Below, in pieces: positions 1 through 13,179 of a DNA stretch of 64,000 bases (its first letter is position 1; each line of letters opens with the position of its first letter). Source of the DNA: the human T2T-CHM13v2.0 reference genome, Homo sapiens; NCBI RefSeq assembly GCF_009914755.1, contig NC_060931.1; one strand, given 5' to 3'. The notes beneath the pieces are model-generated. The model was given only the letters and a program-made list of their open reading frames with translations. It was not told the origin of the DNA and made no database searches. Position numbers and translations under genes: made by a program.

Positions 1-293
1 TACTTCTACCCTTAACCCTCAAGGTCAGGAAAATGGCAGCACTGACTAAATAATTACCTTTGCTTAGAACTTGCAGGAACTATTTAGATTTCTCTTTAGG
101 TGTTTTCCCATACCTTACATGCAATGCAGGTACACTTAACTTAGATGTCGTATAACTCAAGCATTTTCAGACTTGTTCACTTAAATAACTCCTGAAAGAA
201 TTTGACCAACAGCATTCCCTTATGTGTTTTAAAGTTGGCATCTGAAATATTTAATTAAGAAATTTAAACAGTTGTAAAGAATAGTCTCTGTTG

Positions 294-585
294 GGCCGGA
301 TGCCGTAGCTCATTCCTGTAATCCCAGAACTTTGGGAGGCTGAGGCAGGTGAATCACTTGAGCCCAGGAGTTTGAGAACAACCTGGACAACATGGCGCAA
401 CCCTGTCTCTACAAAAAATACAAAAAAAAAGAAAAAATTAGCCAGGCATGGTGGCGTGTGCCTGTAGTCCCAGCAACTCAGGAGGATCACTTGAGCCTGA
501 GGGTTTGAGGTTGCAGTGCACCGTTATTGTACCACTGCACTCCAGCCTGGGCAACAGAGCAAGACCCTGTCTCAGAAGAAAAAAG
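294..585 (+). mobile_element. Alu (AluJ-like)
   Basis: Dimeric Alu; TSD aagaata(g/a)tctctgttg. Confidence 0.9.
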
Positions 586-1061
586 AATAATCTCTGTTGG
601 TGATAAGCATTGACATTTTGAAAGTAATTCGGAAAGAAATCTATAAAATTTAAATACAAGATACCATAGCAACTTCTTACCTGCCGTCTTTCATATGAAT
701 AATTTGGACACGACAACTTTAAAAAGATAATCAAGAAATTTAAATTCAGTCTGGGTATTAGATGATACCAAGGAATTGATTTTGTAAAATATGAAAGTGG
801 CATTGTGGGTATATAAGAAAATATCCGTAATTTTTTACATTTCATAATAGTTAAAAAGGAAATGTTTCTTTGGTACTTTTTTTTTTTTAGTTATGGCGTT
901 TGGTTAGCAACAATGTGACCATCACTTAATTGCCCTTTTTTTTGTTTAAATTTATAGGGATTTGGGGATATTTATACTACTTATCAGTCACCACATGATA
1001 TTGTCTTAAAAAAATAAATGAATAAACTGTTAACCAACTTGGACATTTTACACGCATCCTG

Positions 1062-1674
<613 letters not shown>

Positions 1675-2109
1675 TAGTCACTTTGACATTCTTATTTGCA
1701 AGAACATTGTGTATGTAAATTGAAATATGGAAAATGGTGTTCTGTGATATGGCTCTTAAGTGTTTTTAGAGTCTTCTGTGTTAAGTTACTATTACAATTA
1801 TTAATACACAATTGAACAAAATAACATTTATTACAGACGTTTTATGTTTATATATTTTTAAATGCATTTCTTTGACACATTTTTATTCAAATAGTTTCAT
1901 ATCCATGGATGACAATTACTTATCCCTAGAGTGAAATGGGATTCAGCACCAATTCCTAATTTTTATTTTTTAGAGGAAGTACTAACAGACCTTGTTTACA
2001 TTAGTAAATAAGTTGATGGAAGATTTGTCATAGCAATATTGCTTAGTTCTTGGAACTCCTTTTGAGTTACATGCCAGAAATCATGTAATCTATCATCAAA
2101 AATTATGGG

Positions 2110-2422
<313 letters not shown>

Positions 2423-2502
2423 TAATGATCCCTTAGCTAAAACTCAATTAGGCCATTTTTCAAGGTTTTTTTTTTTAAAGCAAAGAATTTAAAACCTTTT
2501 GA

Positions 2503-2905
<403 letters not shown>

Positions 2906-3603
2906 GACACTAGTATTTCTAATTGTTTCTTTTTCATTATCTTGGAGCTTTTTACACTCTAGTTTCAAAATGGTTGAAAATATGCCTTTCTTTTATAAAG
3001 TGGGACAAGGGCAGTTGTGAAAGGGGGGAGATGGGAAAAAAGCCTTGATGGCCAGAGGTACATTCTTATGAAGATCAATTTTTGGAAAAATCTATATGTG
3101 GAACTGAGTATCTGGAATTTGATTCTCTCTTGACTGACCTTTCTCAGTGTACTCCTTGACAGTGTTCCTGTTTCCCCAGGGGCGTGCTTGTCCCAACTGA
3201 AGGCCACTGGTATAATGGACTCTTTGTAGTAATTGGCTACACCTTTCTAAAACAAGTGGTCCCGTTTAATTAGCTACCTTAGGGTGAAATGAAATGTAGG
3301 GAACGAGTCTAAGTCTTTCTTGATGGTAGCTCTCTCCTCTTATTTCTGCATTTATTAAGGTATAAGAACTCTTTGCTCTCATGTGACTTAAAATCAGCAG
3401 CTGGAAATATTCTTGTTGCAAGATAAGTGATTAAGCCTCAGGAAAATACCTTGCTTTCTAAGGTCTGTCTGGCCTAAAATACCCTTGTAGCTGCTGTTGG
3501 GTTCCAAACAAATGGATGAGGAAAAAGGGTTAGGCCAGATTAGCATGAGGCAGTTTTGGGGAAAAGACAAACCCTTCTTTTGTATGTATGTCTGTGTACC
3601 CAG

Positions 3604-3803
3604 GTGACATGTACAGCCATGATGGGAATACTGATGAGCCAGAATGGGTAAAGACAGAGCGAGAGCAGTTTGTTGAGTTTCGGGATAAGAACCGTGATGG
3701 GAAGATGGACAAGGAAGAGACCAAAGACTGGATCCTTCCCTCAGACTATGATCATGCAGAGGCAGAAGCCAGGCACCTGGTCTATGAATCAGACCAAAAC
3801 AAG
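3604..3803 (+). CDS. CALU: Calumenin, penultimate coding exon
   Basis: cag|GTGACATG...AACAAG|gtaagt; encodes [38 protein letters not shown]...ESDQNK, including EF-hand loop [12 protein letters not shown] (CREC family). Confidence 0.97.
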
Positions 3804-4676
3804 GTAAGTCTGGCGAGGCCCACACGCTCTATCCTTGATTGAAGTATGCTTCTAGGGGATCACCTGAACAGTTTCTGTTAAGGTGCATAGAGCATTTAAG
3901 GTCTTAATTAGTCTAAGTCAGCCAAGTATCTGAATCTGGCGATTAAAACCTTTCAGGGCAGCACTAGCTATCTGATCTCATTTTAGAAATCCTTTTGCCC
4001 AGTGCTGATAGCATTGTAGGAAATTTGGCTTCAGAAAAGAGCCTTTGTGTGTAGCCTGTGCCCAGCATGCATCATCAGGTATTTTTAGATCCCCAGGAAT
4101 TTTTTTTTTTCTTTGTTACTTCATTTGTTCCTTTACCTATTACAGGCCCATTCTGTCTACTCAAAGCTGGTTGTTTCCTTCTTAAATCAAATAGGCTTTT
4201 TTAAATTGGGTCCTTTGTATGGGCTATAAATCAGCTTTTCTCTGGAGCCTGTTCAAATTGTCCTTGATCAATTAATTATCTGAGGTATTTTGTTAAAAGT
4301 ATTGTTGTCCCTAAGCCCAGTCACCTGCTTCAGAGATTACTCCTGCCCTGCTTGGAGTAAGCTGAAAATCGGTCTAAAGATGGAGATTTTCAGTGTTCTG
4401 AGTATATTTTTGTCTAAGCTAATCTTCAATTTCAAATTCAGTTTTTTATTTTAGAGCCTTTTTAAGTGTTGATCTGCTTTAAGTTCTTGCTCAAAGTCAC
4501 TTTAGTAGCCAGGTGTTGTGTCCTGAGATGTATGAGAAAAGGAAATGCATGTAGTCATCCCTATCTAGGAGATGTTCCATATTTTCCTCTAAAAGGAGAG
4601 TTTTCTCCTCATGAAACAAACCTTTATCTCTAGCATTGAGTTGTTGTGTTATATTCTTTCCACCCTTCCACTTTTA

Positions 4677-5022
<346 letters not shown>

Positions 5023-5217
5023 ACAAGGAATGTGTAATTGCTGTTTTCTTCCCTCTTCGTATGTATGTAGGGGGAATGAGGGCTGAGTAGTTCACACTTA
5101 ATTTAGTAGAAATGAGAATCTTAACTTCTGATTAACCCCAATTCTTCTATAACAGTGTTTCTGAATTTTTAATGGGAAATATGTTCTTCTTCAATTCATT
5201 GCTATCTCTACTTTCAG

Positions 5218-5322
5218 GATGGCAAGCTTACCAAGGAGGAGATCGTTGACAAGTATGACTTATTTGTTGGCAGCCAGGCCACAGATTTTGGGGAGGCCTT
5301 AGTACGGCATGATGAGTTCTGA
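5218..5322 (+). CDS. CALU: Calumenin, last coding exon
   Basis: ttcag|GATGGCAAG...; [34 protein letters not shown], ending in the HDEF ER-retrieval motif; TGA at 5320-5322. Confidence 0.97.
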   Translation, partial: DGKLTKEEIVDKYDLFVGSQATDFGEALVRHDEF

Positions 5323-7609
5323 GCTACGGAGGAACCCTCATTTCCTCAAAAGTAATTTATTTTTACAGCTTCTGGTTTCACATGAAATTGTTTGCGCTAC
5401 TGAGACTGTTACTACAAACTTTTTAAGACATGAAAAGGCGTAATGAAAACCATCCCGTCCCCATTCCTCCTCCTCTCTGAGGGACTGGAGGGAAGCCGTG
5501 CTTCTGAGGAACAACTCTAATTAGTACACTTGTGTTTGTAGATTTACACTTTGTATTATGTATTAACATGGCGTGTTTATTTTTGTATTTTTCTCTGGTT
5601 GGGAGTATGATATGAAGGATCAAGATCCTCAACTCACACATGTAGACAAACATTAGCTCTTTACTCTTTCTCAACCCCTTTTATGATTTTAATAATTCTC
5701 ACTTAACTAATTTTGTAAGCCTGAGATCAATAAGAAATGTTCAGGAGAGAGGAAAGAAAAAAAATATATGCTCCACAATTTATATTTAGAGAGAGAACAC
5801 TTAGTCTTGCCTGTCAAAAAGTCCAACATTTCATAGGTAGTAGGGGCCACATATTACATTCAGTTGCTATAGGTCCAGCAACTGAACCTGCCATTACCTG
5901 GGCAAGGAAAGATCCCTTTGCTCTAGGAAAGCTTGGCCCAAATTGATTTTCTTCTTTTTCCCCCTGTAGGACTGACTGTTGGCTAATTTTGTCAAGCACA
6001 GCTGTGGTGGGAAGAGTTAGGGCCAGTGTCTTGAAAATCAATCAAGTAGTGAATGTGATCTCTTTGCAGAGCTATAGATAGAAACAGCTGGAAAACTAAA
6101 GGAAAAATACAAGTGTTTTCGGGGCATACATTTTTTTTCTGGGTGTGCATCTGTTGAAATGCTCAAGACTTAATTATTTGCCTTTTGAAATCACTGTAAA
6201 TGCCCCCATCCGGTTCCTCTTCTTCCCAGGTGTGCCAAGGAATTAATCTTGGTTTCACTACAATTAAAATTCACTCCTTTCCAATCATGTCATTGAAAGT
6301 GCCTTTAACGAAAGAAATGGTCACTGAATGGGAATTCTCTTAAGAAACCCTGAGATTAAAAAAAGACTATTTGGATAACTTATAGGAAAGCCTAGAACCT
6401 CCCAGTAGAGTGGGGATTTTTTTCTTCTTCCCTTTCTCTTTTGGACAATAGTTAAATTAGCAGTATTAGTTATGAGTTTGGTTGCAGTGTTCTTATCTTG
6501 TGGGCTGATTTCCAAAAACCACATGCTGCTGAATTTACCAGGGATCCTCATACCTCACAATGCAAACCACTTACTACCAGGCCTTTTTCTGTGTCCACTG
6601 GAGAGCTTGAGCTCACACTCAAAGATCAGAGGACCTACAGAGAGGGCTCTTTGGTTTGAGGACCATGGCTTACCTTTCCTGCCTTTGACCCATCACACCC
6701 CATTTCCTCCTCTTTCCCTCTCCCCGCTGCCAAAAAAAAAAAAAAAGGAAACGTTTATCATGAATCAACAGGGTTTCAGTCCTTATCAAAGAGAGATGTG
6801 GAAAGAGCTAAAGAAACCACCCTTTGTTCCCAACTCCACTTTACCCATATTTTATGCAACACAAACACTGTCCTTTTGGGTCCCTTTCTTACAGATGGAC
6901 CTCTTGAGAAGAATTATCGTATTCCACGTTTTTAGCCCTCAGGTTACCAAGATAAATATATGTATATATAACCTTTATTATTGCTATATCTTTGTGGATA
7001 ATACATTCAGGTGGTGCTGGGTGATTTATTATAATCTGAACCTAGGTATATCCTTTGGTCTTCCACAGTCATGTTGAGGTGGGCTCCCTGGTATGGTAAA
7101 AAGCCAGGTATAATGTAACTTCACCCCAGCCTTTGTACTAAGCTCTTGATAGTGGATATACTCTTTTAAGTTTAGCCCCAATATAGGGTAATGGAAATTT
7201 CCTGCCCTCTGGGTTCCCCATTTTTACTATTAAGAAGACCAGTGATAATTTAATAATGCCACCAACTCTGGCTTAGTTAAGTGAGAGTGTGAACTGTGTG
7301 GCAAGAGAGCCTCACACCTCACTAGGTGCAGAGAGCCCAGGCCTTATGTTAAAATCATGCACTTGAAAAGCAAACCTTAATCTGCAAAGACAGCAGCAAG
7401 CATTATACGGTCATCTTGAATGATCCCTTTGAAATTTTTTTTTTGTTTGTTTGTTTAAATCAAGCCTGAGGCTGGTGAACAGTAGCTACACACCCATATT
7501 GTGTGTTCTGTGAATGCTAGCTTTCTTGAATTTGGATATTGGTTATTTTTTATAGAGTGTAAACCAAGTTTTATATTCTGCAATGCGAACAGGTACCTAT
7601 CTGTTTCTA

Positions 7610-7615
7610 AATAAA
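7610..7615 (+). terminator. CALU proximal polyadenylation signal
   Basis: AATAAA about 2.3 kb after the stop codon. Confidence 0.7.
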
Positions 7616-8653
7616 ACTGTTTACATTCATTATGGGGTATGTATGACCTTCATTTTCCAAGAAATAGAACTCTAGCTTAGAATTATGGATGCTCTAAAAT
7701 GTCAGAATGGGAACTCTCCTCGAAGTTCTCCCAAACTCAGAGACAGCACTGCCTTCTCCTAAATGATTATTCTTTTCTCCCTGTTTTCTGGTATTTTCTA
7801 GCATCCTTCTCACCACAGCCATAACCCTTTTTTACTTCCATTAGGCCGTATAACTGGAGAGACCTGCTGCTCGTTATATAATTATCTGATACCAAACACA
7901 AGCGATTCTGAATGTACACACACGTTTATCTATAGAGCATAAGGTAAAACAATTTTGTTTAACATTTTGGTATTGTTTACAAATGTTATTAAAACATGCA
8001 AATTCATTTTGAGAACCTCGAGAGAATTAAACTATTAACTTTAGTAAACACACAGTTTAAGACAAATATAAAGGTTTAGCCAAATGCAACGGGGAGGAAG
8101 CACCTGGAATAATTTGTGCTTGCTCAGGGGCTTGTGGACATGGCTGTTCCTGCCAAAGCTGTAGCAGTTATCCAAAAGTTCTTTCAAACTCATATTTGGG
8201 GCCACTGAGTTTTTTTTGTTTTTTTTTTTTTTGTTTTGTTTTTTCTTTATGTCTCTCCCATTTCTAAAGTGTTTTCTTAAGTTTGTTCTAATTCAGCATA
8301 TATCATCTCAGAATGGATCCCCAGCAGGAAAAAAAAAAAAAGTTACTAAAAAGGAAAGTATCCATACACTGAAAACTTAAAGCATATTCCTTTTTGGTTG
8401 CCTTGTATGTAGAAATCAGTTCTCCAAGTGCTGTGAATGGTGCCACTTAGGAGTAGAAACTGATGATTGTTGAAATGGCCTTTGGGTGGTCTGAAATAGA
8501 CCAGTGGAAACAGTAGCTTTGTAGGCAAGAAGGCAATAGTAAGAAAATGAAAAATTGACTCCCCAAACTGCCATCACTCCTTTTACCATCTTTTTTGTGT
8601 TTTTAGTAGTTTGGTTTCTGACGGAGACAATAGAAACTTACTTAAAAGTAAAA

Positions 8654-8659
8654 TTTAAT
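8654..8659 (-). terminator. OPN1SW polyadenylation signal ATTAAA
   Basis: Plus strand tttaat, 33 nt past the stop codon. Confidence 0.75.
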
Positions 8660-8692
8660 TCTAGCTGTTGCAAACAGGCCAATATTGGGTCC

Positions 8693-8812
8693 TCAGTTGG
8701 GGCCAACTTGGGTAGACGAGACAGTAGAAACTTCTGTTTTCTGGGAGCTGCATGTGTCGGATTCATCTGTCATGGCCTTCCCACACACCATCTTCATGAT
8801 GCAAGCTTGGAA
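8693..8812 (-). CDS. OPN1SW: OPN1SW exon 5 (coding part)
   Basis: [39 protein letters not shown]. Confidence 0.97.
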   Translation of the reverse strand, partial: FQACIMKMVCGKAMTDESDTCSSQKTEVSTVSSTQVGPN

Positions 8813-11800
8813 CTGGAGAGAAAGGTACAATTGGAGATAACCTTGGCAGATGAGGAAGTATGGGAAAAAAGACCTTATTCTCTGTATCACCAAAGCCTTG
8901 CACAATGCTTTGTACCCAGAATGCCCTTAGGTGGTTTTGAATCTATCTTCCCCATCCTGAAAACTATCTAGATTCCAGTCTAGAACTACTCCTGGGTCTA
9001 CGGTAATCCTAAACTGGTCAAGTCTGAGACCTCACTGTTGGTAAATTCACAAACCATCCTGCTTCATAAAAGCACTGTCAGCAGAGGCCCCTCCATTACT
9101 AGCAGGTGCTCCCAGCTGGAAAGGACTGCCAATTCTCTTCTATCCAGGGAGGTTTCAAATTAGTTTTGAGTCTACCTCTGGGATTGAGGAAACAATACCA
9201 TCTGAAAGTAGGGTTTTTGCCACTTAGGGTTTGGTGTTTATTAGCTCGGATTTCAGATGGGATAGGAAATCCCCCAGTACCTTCAGATGATAAGATATTT
9301 TAGAGATTTTTGCATGTGGTATGATTTCTGTGCTTCACACATGCTCGTGCAGGCTAAAAGTTGGAAGGGAAATGATTAAGAAATTATTAAATGCAAGGAC
9401 TGAAAATTGAGAGGAATCTGAGTTTTTATTTTTATTTTTTTAATTTTATTTAAGTTCCAGGATACATGTGCAGGATGTGCAGGTTTGTTACATAGGTAAA
9501 CGTGTGCCATGGTGGTTTGCTGCACGAGTTTTTCAATAAAATGCTTTCATTCATCCTGTTCTTTGGAGCAACTTCATTTTCCTGACTCAAGTTCTTTCCT
9601 CCGGGGTTCTATTTTCTCGTCTTGATAACCGTGCCTTCCTCCCTGTGCTTACCAAAGGCTTCCCAACCTACTCGGGGGTTTTGTGGCTTCCCTCGTCTAC
9701 TAGAAACCTGGGTAGAGTCCAGGGTGCTCTGAGTTAAAAGTCAATGGTGAGAAAAGAACCAGGGTCTTCTGGACCATAGGAATGTGAATAAAGAGCTTTA
9801 CCTGCTTATTCATGAAGCAGTAGATGATGGGATTGTAGATGCAAGCACTCTTGGAGAAGAATGAAGGAATGGTGACAAGCCGTAAGTCCAGCCCATGGTT
9901 ACGGTTGTTGACCATGTACATGGCGAAGGCCGCGTAGGGCACGTAGCAGACACAGAAGGATCCTACCATCACAACCACCATGCGGCTCACCTCCCGTTCA
10001 GCCTTCTGGGTCGTAGCTGACTCCTGCTGCTGAGCTGCAACCTGGGGTGGAGCACGGAAAGCATCACATCTCTCTTTTTCCTGGCCCTCTGGATGCTTTT
10101 TTTTTTTTTTTTTAATTTTTAATTTTTAATTTTCTTTTTGAGACCAAGTCTCGCTCTGTTGCCCAGGCTGGAGTTGCAGTGGTGCAGTCTCGGCTCACTG
10201 AACCTCCACCTCCCGGGTTCAAGTGATTCTTTTGTCTCAGCCTCCTGAGTAGCTGGGGTTACAAGCACACACCACCATGCCCAGCTAATTTTCGCATTTT
10301 AGCATTTTGCCATGTAGGCCAGGCTGGTCTGGAACTATTGACCTCAGGTGATCCGTCTGCTTCGGCCTCCCAAAGTGCTGGGATTATAGGCGTGAGCCAC
10401 TGCGCCCGGTCTCTGGATGCTTTTCTGTGGGATGGGGGAGGGGGCATCCACTCTGATTGCCTCTTTTCTGTCCCATCTCCTGGCCTAGTTCCTTTGGATC
10501 TCCATCATTCTCCCTCCTCCTACTTCCTTTGCTGCTTTTAGATACCCTCTCTGGCTATGGACATTTCCAGGCATCTTATGTTTCAGAGCACTCTTCCTTC
10601 TCATGTGGAGCCCCGAACCCCTTCTTCCCTGACTATCAAATGCCACTCACAGCTTTCAGGGCCCTCAGCAGCTGAGTGTAGGAGAAGCAGATGAGGGAGA
10701 GAGGCACAATGAAGCAGAAGATGAAGAGGAACCACGTATAGGACTCGCTGCGGTATTTGGTGCCCACGGTGTACCAGTCAGGGCCACAGGAACACTGCAG
10801 GCCCTCAGGGATGAACCTGCAAAGGACCAAACACTTGCTCACTGGACTCTCCACAAGAGTGCAGTGGGAGCTGAGATGCCTGGATTGTGTTCTCCACTTA
10901 GAACCCACGGAATGCCCTAAGGCTTCAAGCAGGGGGGTTTTCTGTCCTGACTGGGAGAAGCTACAGCAATTCCAACTGCAGAGTAAACGTTAGCACTTGT
11001 CTCCCACTGCCCTTTCGCCTCATATTGCAACTCTTTAAAAGTAGAGGTCAAAGACTAAATAGTTATACCCAAGCTCTCTTTCCACCCACATCAACCTGAG
11101 CTCCTAGTTAACTCAGCACCACTGCCCTGCACTCTCACCGGCTCCAGCCAAAGAAGGGTGGGATGGAGACGCCAATACCAATGGTCCAGGTAGCCAGGAC
11201 CACCGTCAGTGCATGCTTGGAGCTGAAGCGGAAGTTGCCGAAGGGCTTACAGATGACAATGTAGCGCTCAAAGGCCAGGAAGGCCAGTGACCATCCTGTA
11301 ACCAGACCTGTGGTGAAATGTGAGGATAATGGGCTAGACAGAGCCCCACCCAGCCTGGCTGGCAGAGTGGCAAACAGATCGGGTGGAGCAAGCACAGAGA
11401 GACAGGGCTGGACTGACATTTGGAGTGAAGACTCAAACATCCTATTTTAGCCAAACTTCTAGTCTGGGTTGCTTTGTACCCCAGTATTTTAAAAAGCACC
11501 AGACTCATTTCCCCCAGACTCCTCTTTAGGAACCCCCTCCAGTGGAGTAGCAACCTTTGCCTTCCCCTAACCCCTTTTTCCCCTGCAGTACCTGCTACAG
11601 TGCCCAGGAAGCCCTCCAAAGCACAAACATGGCGACCGAAGACGAAGTATCCGTTACAGCTGGCGACGAAGACAGGGAAGACAGAGAAGATGCAGAGGAG
11701 GAAGCCTCCGAAGGACACGTTGACCAGAATGTAGTTGAGGGGCTGCCGCAACTTTTTGTAGCGCAGTGTGGCCACCAGCACCATGGCATTGAGTGGGAAC

Positions 11801-11943
11801 CCTATAAGGAAGACAGTGCCCATGAAAGCTGCCTGGAGGTAGAAGGCCCAGACAGGGGCAATGTGGTACTGAGGCCCATCCCACGGCCCCACTGAAGAGA
11901 TATTTTTGAACAGATAAAACTCTTCCTCCGACATTTTTCTCAT
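8693..11943 (-). CDS. OPN1SW: Short-wave-sensitive (blue) cone opsin, full 5-exon CDS
   Basis: Exons of 352+169+166+240+120 = 1047 nt = 348 aa + stop; ERY motif, Schiff-base Lys in [14 protein letters not shown], rhodopsin-like intron positions. Confidence 0.99.
9428..9525 (-). mobile_element. About 100-bp 5'-truncated L1 3' end
   Basis: Reverse complement of the L1 3' terminus (tacatgtgcaggatgtgcaggtttgttacataggtaaacgtgtgccatggtggtttgctgcac) with T tail; TSD GAGTTTTT at 9420 and 9526. Confidence 0.85.
9535..9540 (+). terminator. Candidate CALU distal polyadenylation signal inside OPN1SW intron 4
   Basis: AATAAA followed by U-rich sequence. Confidence 0.55.
9802..10041 (-). CDS. OPN1SW: OPN1SW exon 4
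   Basis: [25 protein letters not shown]...[18 protein letters not shown]|gt. Confidence 0.97.
10098..10410 (-). mobile_element. Alu in OPN1SW intron 3
   Basis: TSD ctctggatgctttt. Confidence 0.9.
10651..10816 (-). CDS. OPN1SW: OPN1SW exon 3
   Basis: [21 protein letters not shown]...LRALKA; canonical AG/GT. Confidence 0.97.
11139..11307 (-). CDS. OPN1SW: OPN1SW exon 2
   Basis: cag|GTCTGGTT...AGCCG|gtgaga; [25 protein letters not shown]. Confidence 0.97.
11592..11943 (-). CDS. OPN1SW: OPN1SW exon 1
   Basis: [26 protein letters not shown]...LGTVA G|gtac; second ATG at 11934. Confidence 0.97.
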
Positions 11944-12240
11944 GGATGCCCCACACCCCCCTCTGAGTCCTCTTATAGGTGATCCTCCCACCCCACAAAA
12001 CCCCTCCTCTAAAAACACTTGGGCTCTGTGAATGATCAATACTAATCCTAAACCTCCCAAGGACAAAGTTTGGGATTAGAAATCCCTAAACCACTACCTA
12101 AACCTTCTGTGGCCCCAAAGCCGATTGTGTTCTTCAGAGGATAAGAGATTGGGCTCAAATAATCTGGATATGCAATGCTGGGTGCTGGGATGAACAGAAG
12201 TGGACTCCCTGAGGTCTGGGAGGTGCTGACCCATATTCAC
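11944..12240 (-). promoter_or_regulatory. OPN1SW proximal promoter
   Basis: TATAA at 11973-11977 (minus); CRX/OTX sites TAATCC 12043-12048, GGATTA 12073-12078, TAATCT 12160-12165; RORE AATATGGGTCA 12227-12237 (minus). Confidence 0.8.
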
Positions 12241-12859
12241 TGAAGATGCTTCCACTTTTTTGTTCTTTTAATGGGGCTATAGAAAGGGCACGCCTCTTAT
12301 TTTGGCTTCTGGCACAACTGTATCAGTTAAGTTTTCCTCAACTCATCTGCCCCTTTGTGGAAGGTGCCCATCTTAAGTCTGCTGAGAGGCTAGGAACCAG
12401 CCCTGGGCTGCAGGAAAGGGCTGGGAGTGGGGAGTGCCCTGGAAGCACATCAGTAAACAGCCTTGATGGAACAGGACTTAGGCAACTTGACAATGCCTAG
12501 AGGTCTAGGGCATCCCTGAGCCAGGCTGCCTCCATTTCTTTGTGTTGAATCTACTCAAAGAGTGTGCCTTTCCTACTCAGACCTCCAGCCAGGGAGGTGG
12601 GTCTGTTCACTGTCCTTACGCCATGTTCATGCCTACCCCTACCCTTAGCTCAACAAGTCACCACAGTCTTCCTCCTGTCTGTTCACTGAAGTCTTATCTA
12701 GCCCTCACAGCCTACCTCACAAACACCTCTTCTGTGCAGCCCACCCCAGTGACACCAACTCTGCTTTAAGTTCCACCTGCACTTGTACTCAGTACTACAC
12801 TTTAGGCTTTATGAATGAATCTTTTCCACCTCAGCAGATCATAAATATATAGATGAGTT

Positions 12860-13146
<287 letters not shown>

Positions 13147-13179
13147 TTAAAAGTGACACACTTTAGGTATAAGTAAGTT

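Larger units (their letters stand above)
5323..9555 (+). other. CALU: CALU 3'UTR (proximal end about 7635, possible distal end about 9555)
   Basis: Follows the stop codon; AATAAA at 7610-7615 and 9535-9540 (another at 9787-9792). Confidence 0.7.

Noticed and set aside
8210-8250. Long T tract between the CALU and OPN1SW 3' ends
   Set aside because: Simple repeat; relevant only as an internal oligo-dT priming artefact on the minus strand.
11206-12066. 286-aa ORF extending OPN1SW upstream and through intron 1
   Set aside because: The extension lies upstream of the TATA box; intron-1 read-through shifts frame in exon 2 and would be an NMD target.
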